Assembly: GCA_964016885.1 (NCBI GenBank)
Contig: OZ024755.1
Span: 6,944,001-7,008,000 of the forward strand
Length of the DNA stretch: 64,000 bases
DNA from: Eledone cirrhosa
Lineage: Eukaryota
Direction of reading: 5' to 3'
The notes under the pieces are model-generated. The model was given only the letters and a program-made list of their open reading frames with translations. It was not told the origin of the DNA and ran no database searches. Below, piece after piece: positions 1 to 14,299 of this stretch. The translations under genes and the position numbers were made by a program. Every line of letters starts with the position of its first letter. Position 1 is the stretch's first letter.

Positions 1-207
1 CACACATGCAGGAATACATACATATTTCCCTGGTTGATGTTGTCTAAATCCAATAAAAATATGTAAAACATTCCAAATATTTTGCATCTAATAACTGCAT
101 ATACACATTTACAGATACAATGCATATACACATGCACACATACAACTTAAAACATACACATCCACACATACAATAACATCCATATCTACACATGCATGCA
201 TACATCA

Positions 208-320
208 CCTACCTAGTTGATATTGTGTAAATTCCAATGAAAGTCTTGTGTCTATGTTAGAAACCGACTCTCTCTCTATTGGTAACAAATTGTGAAATTA
301 TAAAACCAGAAGAACATACA
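208..320. repeat. Dispersed repeat fragment of unknown class
   Basis: cctagttgatattgtgtaaattccaat...gttagaaaccgactctc...aaaaccagaagaacata recurs at 12060-12170 and in part at 24-58. Confidence 0.6.
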
Positions 321-376
321 TACATACATACATACATACATACGTACGTACGTACATACATACATACATACATACA

Positions 377-562
377 TGGTGGCTGCCAACTCGTTTTCGA
401 GTACGGCCACTACTTTATATCCATGTAGGAGAACCCCTACCGATGCGCTGAACGAGTGTGACATTTTAGTCCAGCCAGCGACTTGAAAACTCTGGTACAA
501 ACACTACACTTGTGACAATCATTGACACATAGTGCTGGGTCTATGGTACCATGTGACGACAT
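377..562 (-). mobile_element. 3' end of an RTE-type LINE (C-terminal C2H2 zinc finger + 3' UTR) within an (ATAC)n tract
   Basis: Minus strand reads CSVCTRVFKSLAGLKCHTRSAHR* (CxxC...HxxxxH). A near-identical inverted copy lies at 20134-20320. Both sides are (ATAC)n. Confidence 0.7.
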
Positions 563-851
563 CCATACATACATACATACATACATACATACATACATAC
601 ATACATACATACATACATACATACATACATACATACATACAAGTATAATCAATTAATACAAGTGTAAAATTATAGTCAATTAAACAGGTGGAAAAATAAT
701 ACCATATGATACAAACCTATGTCTTAGATACATTGAAAGACTTGTCAAATATGAAGACAAACATGAAAAACCGAAACGGAAACAACGAAACGCATTTCGG
801 TATTGTTAATGTTTCCATATATATGTATATTACAATGTGTGTATAATATAT

Positions 852-928
<77 letters not shown>

Positions 929-947
929 TATATAGATATATAGATAT

Positions 948-998
<51 letters not shown>

Positions 999-1088
999 AT
1001 AGTCTATAATATTTCTCTGTGTTTCTGTATATATGAGTGAAAATGAAAAACCAGCTGTACAGACAGACAGACACACACACACACACAC

Positions 1089-1188
<100 letters not shown>

Positions 1189-1462
1189 CCATCGCTAAAA
1201 CAATATTTCTACGAGAGAAACCATGTAAATTCGGATGTACATGATTACATGAACAGGGTGTATAAAATATTATATACATGTAATGTGTGTGTATAATGTT
1301 AAATACGAGCATAACATTATTTTCTGGTTATTATTTGGTCAGTCACACTGATATGTATTGTTTGTGCGTGTGCATGTTATGTTGTGTGTGTATGGTGTAT
1401 GTATGTGTGATGTGTGTGTATGAATGAGCGCGAGTATATGTGCATGTATGATTATAATATAT

Positions 1463-1498
<36 letters not shown>

Positions 1499-1565
1499 TG
1501 TTATACTTGGGGAGGGTCATATTTGTGTAATAATATTGCCAGAATTAATAACAGAACATCGCCGT

Positions 1566-1598
<33 letters not shown>

Positions 1599-1696
1599 TA
1601 ATATATATAAATAATATATATAAATATATATATATAAATATATATATATAAATATATATATATAAATATATATATATGAATATAAATATATATATA

Positions 1697-1792
<96 letters not shown>

Positions 1793-1799
1793 TAGATAG

Positions 1800-2239
1800 T
1801 AGCTTGTATCCTTGTTTCCAGATCTGTTGTTATTGTCCAAGACTCAGAAGCATACAAGAATATGGACATGATCAATGAAGCACATCAGTGTGATCTTTGA
1901 ACTGAGGTCTACGTTCTTGTCATTCTAGATGGTTGTCATTCCAGATGTTTGTAAATGCTGCTGTGATCTGGGCAGATCTGGCGAATACTTCGGGTTTAGA
2001 TCCTTCATCTGAAACTATTGCCTCCAGATATTTGAAAGTGATGACGCACTCTAGTCTCCCACTGTTGATCCTGACTGATGTCAGTGCTGATGTTTTTAGT
2101 GTTGTTAGTCATCATTTTGGTCTTTTCTGTACTGTTCTACATGCCGTAGGCGGTATAAGTCTTGTCAAGATATTCCACAAAGTCGGCTAGCACCTCTTCC
2201 TTCCCATCTACGTCGTCTCCAAAACGCAAGTTAATAATA

Positions 2240-2240
<1 letters not shown>
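1800..2240 (-). pseudogene. Decayed RTE-clade LINE reverse transcriptase fragment
   Basis: Minus-strand pieces INLRFGDDVDG (FADD-like), TEKTKMMTNN, FKYLEAIVSDEGSKPEVFAR and [16 protein letters not shown], with stops and frameshifts. Confidence 0.85.
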
Positions 2241-2278
<38 letters not shown>

Positions 2279-2428
2279 ATCCCGTTAAGGGTGAAAGCAG
2301 CGATTCTTTTCTTAAACTTTAATCTGTTATTTTAATAAATATTTGCTCTACGGTTCTTATATATATGATATATATTTATCTTTATCGAGTCCTCTTTGGA
2401 TTTTAGTCTTCAAATTTATTATTATTAT

Positions 2429-2470
<42 letters not shown>

Positions 2471-2559
2471 GCCAGCACCAACAGTTTTGCAAGAGATGTC
2501 AACATGAACGGACCTGTTATTTTTATCTAAAGACATTTTTTTCTATTCCAACCCGCCCG

Positions 2560-2704
2560 TCCCCTCAATCTATCTTATTTCTCATTCTTTCTTCTGATGA
2601 AGGACTAGCGTCCGAAACGTTAAGACCCTCTTCCTGCCATACCAAGCGTTAACCTAATATATGCCTTCCATATACCGATTGTGTTGTTATTTCTGTTTAC
2701 CTTT

Positions 2705-2710
<6 letters not shown>
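2560..2710 (+). mobile_element. Hammerhead-bearing repeat, family D (Penelope pLTR-like)
   Basis: Hammerhead followed by the tail caagcgtt...gtgttgttatttctgtttaccttttaca, which runs into microsatellite. Homologues at 7108-7242 and 28195-28340; tail only at 9462-9495 and 12250-12332. Confidence 0.65.
2590..2625 (+). ncRNA. Minimal type I hammerhead ribozyme motif (family D)
   Basis: tctt-CTGATGA-a-ggac(tagc)gtcc-GAAA-cg-TT-aaga: stem I tctt/aaga, stem II ggac/gtcc, palindromic ACGT stem III. Confidence 0.75.
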
Positions 2711-2754
<44 letters not shown>

Positions 2755-2756
<2 letters not shown>

Positions 2757-3149
2757 GAGGTTATATTTAATTTGTTGGGATTCAACAAGCTTAAAAAATG
2801 TTATAACTGATATAAAGCACTCAACAGATTAGTGGAGTAAATATACAATATATTAACAAATGGAAACTATATTTATAAAGCCATATTTATTTTATTATAC
2901 ATATTTCAAGGGCCACCAAGGCAAATTATGGTGCGCTTTCATCAGATAATTATGGTGCGCTTTCATCCAGGAAGCTCCAACCGTTAAGGTTGTCTTTTTT
3001 TAGGGTATGTCAATATTTATTTATAAGACAAATCTGTATTGTATTTTATCTGATGAAAGCGCACCATAATTTACCTTGGTGGCCCTTGAAATATGTATAA
3101 TAAAATAAATATGGTTTTATAAATATAGTTTCTATTTGTTAATATATTG

Positions 3150-3150
<1 letters not shown>
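2755..3150. mobile_element. Fold-back double-hammerhead element, family C1, in (TA)n
   Basis: Hammerhead on - at 2890-2949 and on + at 3044-3105 (ttttat-CTGATGA-stem II-GAAA-tatgta-TA-ataaaa). Inverted arms, (TA)n on both sides, and a reverse-oriented homologue at 55766-56145. Confidence 0.8.
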
Positions 3151-3190
<40 letters not shown>

Positions 3191-3394
3191 GGGGGGGAGA
3201 GAGAGAAAGAGATAGAGAGAGAGAGGGAGAGAGAGAGAGAGAGAGAGAGAAGGTGAAGTTGGAAATAGCACGAAAAATATATTTTAGGGTCTGTTTTTCT
3301 TTTTTTTTCCTTTCTTTGATTCGTCAAAGTGATATTATTGAAAAAACTTCACCTTTTCTCTATATCCACTGTTTTGTATAGAACCTTACTTCCC

Positions 3395-3461
<67 letters not shown>

Positions 3462-3786
3462 TAATATATATACATATAGACATGATTAATACCAAAACTG
3501 TGATGAACACCATCAATAAATAAATACAGTTTATAAAGGAGAGAAAGTAGAAAGTAGAAAACGGTCAACAGTTCTGCTACGGTGGCTTCAAGAAAGACAC
3601 GCAAAGAAAAACCACTTAAATAATTAATAACTTTATCTCCACCTTACGTTAGACTACATGCCAACAAGCAGGTGTGTTTTTACGCTACATTCTACCTTTC
3701 AATAAACCTTTGACACTGCAAGATTTCTTAAGCTTTTATATCTTAGCTATTGATTTCTTGCATGGTTCTTTTTGTTTGTTTCTTTT

Positions 3787-4075
3787 TAATGGGTTTAATA
3801 TTAACGTATCCTTTTAGTGTTTTAATTGGTTTAATGTTAACGTATCCTTTTAGTGTTTTAATGGGTTTAATGCTAATGTATCCTTTTAGTGTTTTAATTG
3901 GTTTAATGTTAATGTATCCTTTTAGAGTTTTAATGGGTTTAATGTTAATGTATCCTTTTTGTGTTTTAATAAGGTTAATGTTAACGTATCCTTTTAGTGA
4001 TTTAATGGGTTTAATGTTGATGTATCCTTTTAGTGTTTTAATGGGATTGACTTTAACTTATTCTTTTAGTGTTTA
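3787..4075. repeat. 36-bp minisatellite, about 8 units
   Basis: Unit ttaatgggtttaatgttaacgtatccttttagtgtt. Confidence 0.9.
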
Positions 4076-5044
4076 TAATTTGTTTAATTTGAACTTATCT
4101 TTTTTCGTATTTTTAATGGATTTACTGAGGTTTTTTGCAGATTATCAAAGATTATTCCCCTCTGTTGCTTGGAAAATAGATTCTGCAGAGATCACCTTTA
4201 GGATGTCATGCACCATTCACGATCATTGTATTTCATGTTTCATTATCCATTCTTCTAATCCCTTCTATCATTGAAACAACCTTCACGATTATTACCATAA
4301 TCTCGTTTTTCACATTCACTTTACTTTTCAGAACCAGCTTCACCCTTCTATAATATTATGTTTCAAATACCTTTTTCGTGTCATTTTCCTTGATCTTTTG
4401 TGTTTCCAATATACCAAGATATTTGTATCTAATGTTTTCTATGTCTTATATCAGAAAAGAATGATTTTGATGACAGAAAAGCATTTAAGAATGTTGATAA
4501 TATATTTTTTGATGAGATAATAACAAAAGAAAAAGCATAAATAGAATTATCCATTATATAAAAACAACTAATATAATGGAGACCAACTTAATAAAGGCAA
4601 TTAATGTATGTGGTAAATGAATGGAACTTGAAGTAGGATTGGGAGGCGAGAACCATGATGGAAGATGAAAAGATAGAAGCGGACGTAAAGACAATGAGAT
4701 CTGATGTAGATTTATTGGAAAGTCAAAGAAATATCAGCTGAAATTCCTAACGGAGGTTTACTGATTTAGAAAGAAAGATTAATATAAAAACAAAGTGAAA
4801 CCAAGGGATTTTGGTAAAATGAACAAAATATAAACCACTACATACCACACGGTATCTATAATTTAGATCAGAAACATATATATATATACATTTGTATATA
4901 TATATATATATTACTCCTGAGTAAACAGGCCCACCTGCGCACTTCGTTCAGTGCTCTACCCTGCTTTCTGAAGTGTCGGTAGGCAACCAGCACATACTCA
5001 AATTTATATATATATATATATATATATATATCCTTCTTCTTCTT

Positions 5045-5178
5045 CTGCTTTACGTTCTGAGTTCAAATCCCGCAGAGGTTAACTTTGCCTTTAATCCTTA
5101 AGAGATCGATAAAATAAAGTACTAGTAATGTACTGCGGTAATTGCTGGACTTGTGCCAAAAGTAAAAACATTATTATT
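5045..5178 (+). mobile_element. tRNA-derived SINE (dominant family), 5'-truncated
   Basis: B-box gagttcaaatcc, then aactttgcct..atcctt..gtcgataaaataaagtac..aattgctgg..ttgtgccaaaagta. Confidence 0.85.
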
Positions 5179-5348
5179 TTCTTCTCCTTCTCCTTCTCTT
5201 TCTCCTTCTCCTCCTCCTCTCACCACCACCACCACCACTACCACCATCACCACCATAACAACAACAATAAGAGACACAGACACAATAGTTATTGCTGTTC
5301 TTGTTTGTCATCTGCTAAAAATATGACATTTGAACATTTATGTTTAAA

Positions 5349-5387
<39 letters not shown>

Positions 5388-5389
<2 letters not shown>

Positions 5390-5570
5390 TTTTCTTTATT
5401 AACCACAAGGGTTTACATAAAGTAGACATTAAGGACAGGACGGTACAATACAGGACGGTACAAAAGGGCATTTCGGTGTGTAAAAAAAGAACAAAAAAGA
5501 GGATGTAATAATAGAACAATGAAAAAATTCCCCAATAGGGGGGAGACTTCCGATGGCCAACACAGCTTAT
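5388..5570 (-). mobile_element. 3' UTR fragment of a Tx1-like LINE abutting (AAT)n
   Basis: tttctttatt..ccacaaggg..acaggacggtaca..aacaatgaaaaaattccccaa.aggggg matches the 3' UTR at 59290-59510. Confidence 0.7.
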
Positions 5571-5674
5571 ACTTCTTTGTTTGTGTGAAGAAATAGACAC
5601 GTGTACTGGCGCCGTCAACATGTTTATGTGTGAATATATACAGATATGTTCATACATACCCGTATTTGGTAAGA

Positions 5675-5752
<78 letters not shown>

Positions 5753-6038
5753 GAGAGTGAGAGAGAGAAATGTGTGTGTGTGTGTGTGAGTGTGTATGTA
5801 TTTGCAAACTTGATTGTCACCACAGAATGTGAACCTGAAGATTGCGAAAGCATGAAAGTATTTGTTCAATTAACACTTAACATTTAATATTCTACCATAC
5901 TATTTCATTCTAATACCATTATAATGTTAAAGGATTGTAAATAAAACGAGTAAATCAGACAAAGTTGGAATTCCTTTTATTAATATGATTCTTCTAAACA
6001 CAATCATACACACCCGTGTATATATATATATATATATA

Positions 6039-6097
6039 CGGAAAGCGTTGATGATTTCCTTCGAATGAAACAGTTCCAGTCCTGTAGAAGCCATTTC
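6039..6097 (+). mobile_element. Family B hammerhead remnant
   Basis: (t)TGATGA-tttccttcgaat-GAAA-cag-ttccagtc-ctg-TA-gaagcc. A smaller minus-strand remnant is at 7782-7811. Confidence 0.65.
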
Positions 6098-6112
6098 TCT
6101 CTCTCTCTCTCA

Positions 6113-6178
<66 letters not shown>

Positions 6179-6238
6179 GCGTGTGTAAAAGGTAAAATAT
6201 ATATATATGTAAAAATATATATATAAGTAAAAGGTAAA

Positions 6239-6325
<87 letters not shown>

Positions 6326-6450
6326 TGTGTGTGTGTGTGTGTCTGTGTGTGTATGTGTTTACGTACATGTATTTCATGCTTGCACTCTATATCAATATAT
6401 CCATACACCCGCACGTGCCTGCGTATGAACGCATGTGTTAACAAAGGGAA

Positions 6451-6494
<44 letters not shown>

Positions 6495-6684
6495 ATATAT
6501 ATATATATATGGATATATATATATAGATATATATATATATGTATATATTATATAGTTATTTATATATATATATATATATGTGTGTGTGTATATATATATA
6601 TACATATATTAAACATAACCGTAGCAAATCTTACGTCTTCTTCTGTCATACTATCACCGAAGTCAGACAATACACTACACTGTC

Positions 6685-6745
<61 letters not shown>

Positions 6746-6841
6746 CCACAAGGTATAGACACAAAGACAAACACGCACATAAGTACGTACTTGTATATAA
6801 TTACCTGATGGTAAACCAGATTATTTCGTCATACCTAAACT

Positions 6842-6908
<67 letters not shown>

Positions 6909-6911
<3 letters not shown>

Positions 6912-7033
6912 AAAACGTTTAATCCCGACGGCAGAGCTCAAGCCGTTTCGACGAAACGGCTTTAGCTCTGCTGTCGGGATTAAACGTTTTCCTATTACAC
7001 ACTCTACTACCGTAAGTATTGAGTATTGGTGCG

Positions 7034-7035
<2 letters not shown>
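6909..7035. mobile_element. Family A fold-back element in (TA)n
   Basis: Palindrome centred on cgtttcg-a-cgaaacg. The long arm carries the tail gtaagtattgagtattggtgcgtt. Confidence 0.8.
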
Positions 7036-7107
<72 letters not shown>

Positions 7108-7109
<2 letters not shown>

Positions 7110-7242
7110 CTAACTCTATCTTCTGGTGAATGACTAGAGTCCGAAACGTTAAGACTCACTTCTTGCTATTTCAAGCATTAAACCATTATATTTCTTCCAT
7201 GTACTGTGCCGTTTGTTTTGTTATTTCTGTTTACCTTTTACA
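7108..7242 (+). mobile_element. Family D element with mutated hammerhead core
   Basis: tctt-CTGGTGA-atgactagagtcc-GAAA-cg-TT-aaga followed by the family D tail. Confidence 0.6.
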
Positions 7243-7384
7243 CACGCAGGGAGAGAGGGAGAGAGAGAAAGAAAGAGAGAGACTACTAATGAATATCTGT
7301 ATGTGAAGATAATATAACAGGTTCGTTGTGACGCTAGAAATAGCACCCATAATATATCAACTCAACCATTATGAGTAGCGATCA

Positions 7385-7432
<48 letters not shown>

Positions 7433-7662
7433 AACAAAGACACTACAATTTGGCGCATCTATGTTATAATGATTTAAGAATACATTGAAGAAACTTACTG
7501 TAATTAAATTAAACGAATGAATGTAAAATTAAATACGGTTATGACAGAAACAAGAGGGAGAAGGTTGAAGAAAATCGAAGCCTCGCGTATCTTTACATAC
7601 TTTATATACGATATTATATGAAGACATTATAAAATAAAATATTATTTATGGGTAATATACTA

Positions 7663-7785
<123 letters not shown>

Positions 7786-7826
7786 GAGCTACAGGACTAG
7801 AACTGTTTCATATATACATATATTTA

Positions 7827-7875
<49 letters not shown>

Positions 7876-8123
7876 CTGTTCTGACGATTTCTGTCTCTCA
7901 CACTATATAACTACTTCTATAAGATTATGATTTTACACTCGCATGTGTGTATGCGTGCGTGTACGTATGCATGTGTGTATGCGTGCGTGTATGTGTTCAT
8001 ATATGTATGATTGTAGGATTGTGTGTATGTACATACGTATGTATATATATATGTATGTATGCTTGTGTGTGGATGTACATAAGCATATCTGTATTCTTCT
8101 TGCAGCTTTAAATGTATGTATGC

Positions 8124-8173
<50 letters not shown>

Positions 8174-8218
8174 ACATATATGTACACACACACACATATA
8201 TATATATATAAATATACA

Positions 8219-8283
<65 letters not shown>

Positions 8284-8287
<4 letters not shown>

Positions 8288-8335
8288 TGATGACTGAAAG
8301 CTGATTTGTTTGCTTTCAAGAAAGCACTGGTAAAT
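8284..8335 (+). ncRNA. Hammerhead-like motif (family E) starting directly at a (TA)n edge
   Basis: att-CTGATGA-c-tgaaagc(tgatttgttt)gctttca-a-GAAA-gcactgg-TA-aat: 7-bp stem II, imperfect stem III. Confidence 0.55.
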
Positions 8336-8378
8336 GAAATAATTATCTCATGTTGTTTATTACATAACTAAATATATT

Positions 8379-8458
<80 letters not shown>

Positions 8459-8537
8459 CATTCATATGTTTATATATTTACACACTCAAATATTAACACA
8501 TATATATATATATATATATCTTTATATATATATATAT

Positions 8538-8724
8538 AGGAACCAGTAAGACCCCGACAGCTGAGCTCAAGCCGTTTCGACGGCTAATTCAGAATTAGCC
8601 GTCGAAACGGCTTGAGCTCAGCTGTCGGGGTCTTACTGGTTCCTATTACCCACTCTACTACCTCAAGTATTGAGTACTTTGGTGCGTTATGGTCCACCTG
8701 GTTCCTTACCACATTTCCTTCGTT
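8538..8724. mobile_element. Family A fold-back element in (TA)n
   Basis: Perfect palindrome of about 53 bp per arm around aattc-a-gaatt, plus an ~80-bp tail ending ccacatttccttcgtt. Confidence 0.85.
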
Positions 8725-8729
8725 ATATA

Positions 8730-8760
<31 letters not shown>

Positions 8761-9026
8761 CTTTATATATGTATATATATATATCACGTTTATACGAAAC
8801 CGAAAACGTGTACGCTACGAAATCCTAAAAACCTATATCATTAGTTATAAATTCAAGGTAATAAAGTATCTTTGCTGGTAGATTAGCTTGTACTGTATTA
8901 CATATATGACAGTAAAGACTGAAATGTGTAAGCAATGAAATAAATTGAGAAAGCTTAATGGCTTCAAGATAATCTATTGACATTACTATCTCCATAAATG
9001 AAATATTACAGAGCATATTAAATATA

Positions 9027-9095
<69 letters not shown>

Positions 9096-9149
9096 TAAAT
9101 ATTATATTATTATATACATATATATATATACAGTATATATATATATATA

Positions 9150-9183
<34 letters not shown>

Positions 9184-9207
9184 TATATATATATATATCT
9201 TTATATA

Positions 9208-9238
<31 letters not shown>

Positions 9239-9292
9239 ATAAGTATGTATTTACAAATATATATATATCTATATATTTAAATGTTTATATTC

Positions 9293-9417
<125 letters not shown>

Positions 9418-9497
9418 TATATACATATATATATATGCATATATACATAAAAACCTTACGTATTGTGTTGTTATTTCTGTTTACCTTCTACACATAA

Positions 9498-9576
<79 letters not shown>

Positions 9577-9864
9577 AAACCTATTTTTGACGTATATATA
9601 TATATATATACACACATACATATATGTGAGTGTGAGTGTGTGTGTGTATGACTATGTGTGTGTCTGTGTGTGTATGTGTATGTCTATGTATGTGCCTGTG
9701 TGTGAAATAATAAAATATTTACCTATTTCTTTCCGTGTGTTTATCCTAATACATGATAAATAAGGAATAAGCCATTAAGTCTCAACTGGATGATATCTGC
9801 TCAGTAATTCTTGTTGAAGTTATTGCAGATAAATTCGAATAGAAGCGCGCCCACATACACACAT

Positions 9865-9899
<35 letters not shown>

Positions 9900-9988
9900 A
9901 ACACATACACATACACACACATGTATATATATATATATATTCATGCATACATAAGAATGTTTATATATATATATATAGTTATATATAC

Positions 9989-10068
<80 letters not shown>

Positions 10069-10081
10069 CTATACGTATATA

Positions 10082-10122
<41 letters not shown>

Positions 10123-10732
10123 AAGAATTAAAATACTAGAGTGTGTTGGAGTTAAACACTCTCTTCATATTATAGAAATAACAGTAACGGTATAAAGACT
10201 TTTGATGTATTGAAGGCTTCTTTGGTTTATTTTCATAATATATATATATGTATATATATATATTCATGTATACATAAGAATGTATATAGTTTTATATATA
10301 TATATATATATTTACACATATACTTGTGTGTATCTTTGTCTATATACATGGATATGTGTGTGTATATGTGTGTAGGCGTGTGTGTGTATATGTGTGCGTG
10401 TGTATCCGTGTGTGTGGGTGTGTACTATACGGCTAGATATCATAGTTTATATCAGAGAAGTTTCACACAAACCAAACAGTGGAAATAATAACTGGTAATT
10501 TCTCATTGTTATATTTTTATTGTTTCTCTACATTAAGGCAGGTGTAGCATATGAAAAAAATGGTGGAATTGGTAGAAGCCTTAAACTGTCGGATAGAATA
10601 ATTTGCTGCAATTCTTCTACGCCTCTGATCTCTAAGTTCAAGTCTAGCCGAGGTCAACTTTGTTTTTCAGCCTTTCTAGGACGTTTAAAAGGTACCAGTC
10701 AATCTCTAACCCTTTGGCATTTACATTACTCT

Positions 10733-10916
10733 GAATTGGCAGTATCGGTAGAAGGTCGGACGCCATGCTTTGACGTATAGAGTTACGGCCCTTGCCATTC
10801 TGAGTTCAAATCCCGCCGAGGTTAACTTTGCCATTCATCCTTACGGGGTCGATAAAATAAAGTACCAGTAATGCACTGGGTAATTGCTGGCCTTGTGCCA
10901 ATAGTAAAAACAATTA
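10733..10916 (+). mobile_element. tRNA-derived SINE, near full length (older copy at about 10555-10700)
   Basis: A-box-like tggcagtatcggt, B-box gagttcaaatcc, family body and tail. Confidence 0.9.
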
Positions 10917-10941
10917 CTCTATATTTACTATCGTATTTTTG

Positions 10942-11062
10942 AAGCCGTGTAGCTGAGTGGTTAGAGAATTGGATTCACAATCTTGAAGTTGTGAGTTCGA
11001 TTCCTGGACCGGGCGATGCGTTATGTCCTTGAGCAAGACACTTTATTTCACGTTGCTCCTTC
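10942..11062 (+). mobile_element. Second tRNA-derived SINE family
   Basis: A-box tagctgagtgg, B-box gagttcgattcc, then gtccttgagcaagacactt (V-domain-like). Relatives at 28015-28105 (-) and 39498-39556 (+). Confidence 0.75.
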
Positions 11063-11399
11063 TACCTGGAGTTGCGACCGATAGATAGTATTAGCAACTG
11101 GAAATACCAACTGAAACATTGTTTCCTCGGTCCGATTTGACGAAAGTCGATCGATCCTTTTTTGTGGTAAAGGCTTTGTCTTACATATTATCTCGCATAA
11201 TATCGAATCTATGAGATTTTGATATTGTTTATTTTGAGAACAATAACTTAACATCAGTATGAGTGGCCAGTTATGACCAGTTTGAACTGAAAGAGGTGAG
11301 AGAGTTCTGGCCGGATATGGCCGGTTTAAATGCTAAGGAGCTAATCTAACCTGGCCGAGTTTAGACTCGCAAATAAGAAGAACCAGGGCCGTCACTATG

Positions 11400-11800
11400 A
11401 GCATTGGATTTGGTGTACTGCATATTTGTTTCGGTTGATGAATACAATTAGGGGTCGCTGCTTTTCCTGAAGGTCAATAGTTCTCTTCTAACTCGAGTAG
11501 GAGCACCTTTCCATTGTCAATTTGCATTGATCATCTGCAAAGCAGCATTGTTCTCAGAACCACTACACCAGTCTTTTGATGTGTGCAGCTGGAACTACTG
11601 CCACCCATTGCTTTGGCAGGATTTTCTTTTTTTTTTTTTTAGATGGCCGTTGACTCTTATGAGTTCTTCCGACCTTTGTCAGGTTTTGTTTTTTGTCCTG
11701 CAGGGTGTCCAAAATTACCCTCCTCACCAAGTAAACTTGGTGGGGTTGCCGGTTTAGTCGCCGACGATCCGACCATGCGACAGGTTGTACTGGGTTTCAC
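11400..11800 (-). pseudogene. Possible highly decayed RTE-like LINE fragment
   Basis: Minus-strand pieces EQCCF and LQEKQRPLIVFIN resemble the RT segment EQCGF...QEK...PL..VFID. The match is weak. Confidence 0.3.
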
Positions 11801-12330
11801 GCTACCAGTAGCACTCGAGAGTGACCTGACATATACCAGTCAAAAAGGGCCGGAAGTAATAGGGGAGGGTTGGTAAAGGGCGCAATTGCCCCGGGCCTCC
11901 TGCAGTCGGAATAGGGGGGGGGGGCATCAGCGACGGTCGTAGCAATTTATTTGTGCCCTCAGCTGGGCTGGGTATTTTAGTTTTAGGATGGTTAGAATCA
12001 TGTAGATCCAAACATATAATAACAATTACACCAGCACACACATATACAGAGATACATACGTATTTCCCTAGTTGGTGTTGTCTAAATTCCAATAAAAGAC
12101 TTGTATCGATGTTAGAAAACGGCTCTCCATCTATTGGTAAAATTTATAAAATAAAACCAGAAGAACATACGCAAATATGTATATATGCACAAGCTAACAC
12201 ATATTAACATACACAAAATCGAAACAAGAGCATTTATAAAACCTATACATTTCCTGCTATTTCAAGCGTTGACCTAATATATTCCTTCCATATACTGTAC
12301 CGATTGTGTTGTTATTTCTGTTTACCTTTT

Positions 12331-12461
<131 letters not shown>

Positions 12462-12529
12462 AGCTTATCTTGTTAATTCGTTGATATGCCCAGATCCGAA
12501 GTGTGGTCTTGTTTTCTCAAAGAACTGGT

Positions 12530-13607
<1,078 letters not shown>

Positions 13608-13617
13608 ATATATGAAG

Positions 13618-13666
<49 letters not shown>

Positions 13667-13731
13667 GATCAATTTAGAATGGAATCGAACTTACTACAGT
13701 GAGGTTGAAAACAAATTTAGCATTAAAGTAA

Positions 13732-13913
13732 TAATTGTTTCTACTTTAGGCACAAGGCCAGCAATTACTCAGTTCATTACTGGTACTTTATTTTATCGAC
13801 CCCGTAAGGATGAAAGGCAAAGTCAACCTCGGCGGGATTTGAACTCAGATCGTAAAGGGACGTAACTATGCTGCAAAGCATGGCGTCCGACCCTCTACCG
13901 ATACTGCCAATCC
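13732..13913 (-). mobile_element. tRNA-derived SINE
   Basis: Reverse complement of the dominant SINE. Confidence 0.9.
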
Positions 13914-13974
13914 ACAATACAAATCGTTTGTCCAATATTTCAGACAATCGACATTATATAGAGCCGCACATCAG

Positions 13975-14108
13975 GCTTTGCTGCATAGAGTTACGGTCCT
14001 TTATGATCTGAGTTCAAATCCCACCGAGGTTAACTTTGCATTTCATCCTTACGGGGTCGATAAAATAAAGTACCAGTCACGCACTGGTGTAATTGCTGGC
14101 CTTGTGCT
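13975..14108 (+). mobile_element. tRNA-derived SINE, head-to-head with the previous copy
   Basis: gagttcaaatcccaccgaggttaactttgc...gtcgataaaataaagtaccag. Confidence 0.85.
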
Positions 14109-14299
14109 ATGACGTTGTTTTGAAACTTATCTTAAATACACTCTGAAGCAACAAACTTTGGCTCATTTATCTTGTATTTAGTTTCTTATTTCAATACTGT
14201 TTCTATATATTTATGGGTGAATGAGTATCTGTATGTGTGGACGTGTGTGTGTCAGGGTCTTTGTGTGTGTGTGTGTGTGTCGGTGTGTCCATGTGTGAG

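Noticed and set aside
437-520. Host C2H2 zinc-finger gene
   Set aside because: A single terminal finger, repeated at about 20180 and followed by a UTR and microsatellite tail, fits a LINE end.
3750-4274. Hydrophobic 174-aa ORF
   Set aside because: Mostly the 36-bp minisatellite.
8538-8724. Families A/B/C as TIR MITEs or miRNA hairpins
   Set aside because: The arms are asymmetric, the centres vary between copies and there are no fixed matching termini. This is disfavoured rather than excluded.
10942-11012. tRNA gene
   Set aside because: A and B boxes are present, but the acceptor stem is poor and the sequence continues into a SINE body.
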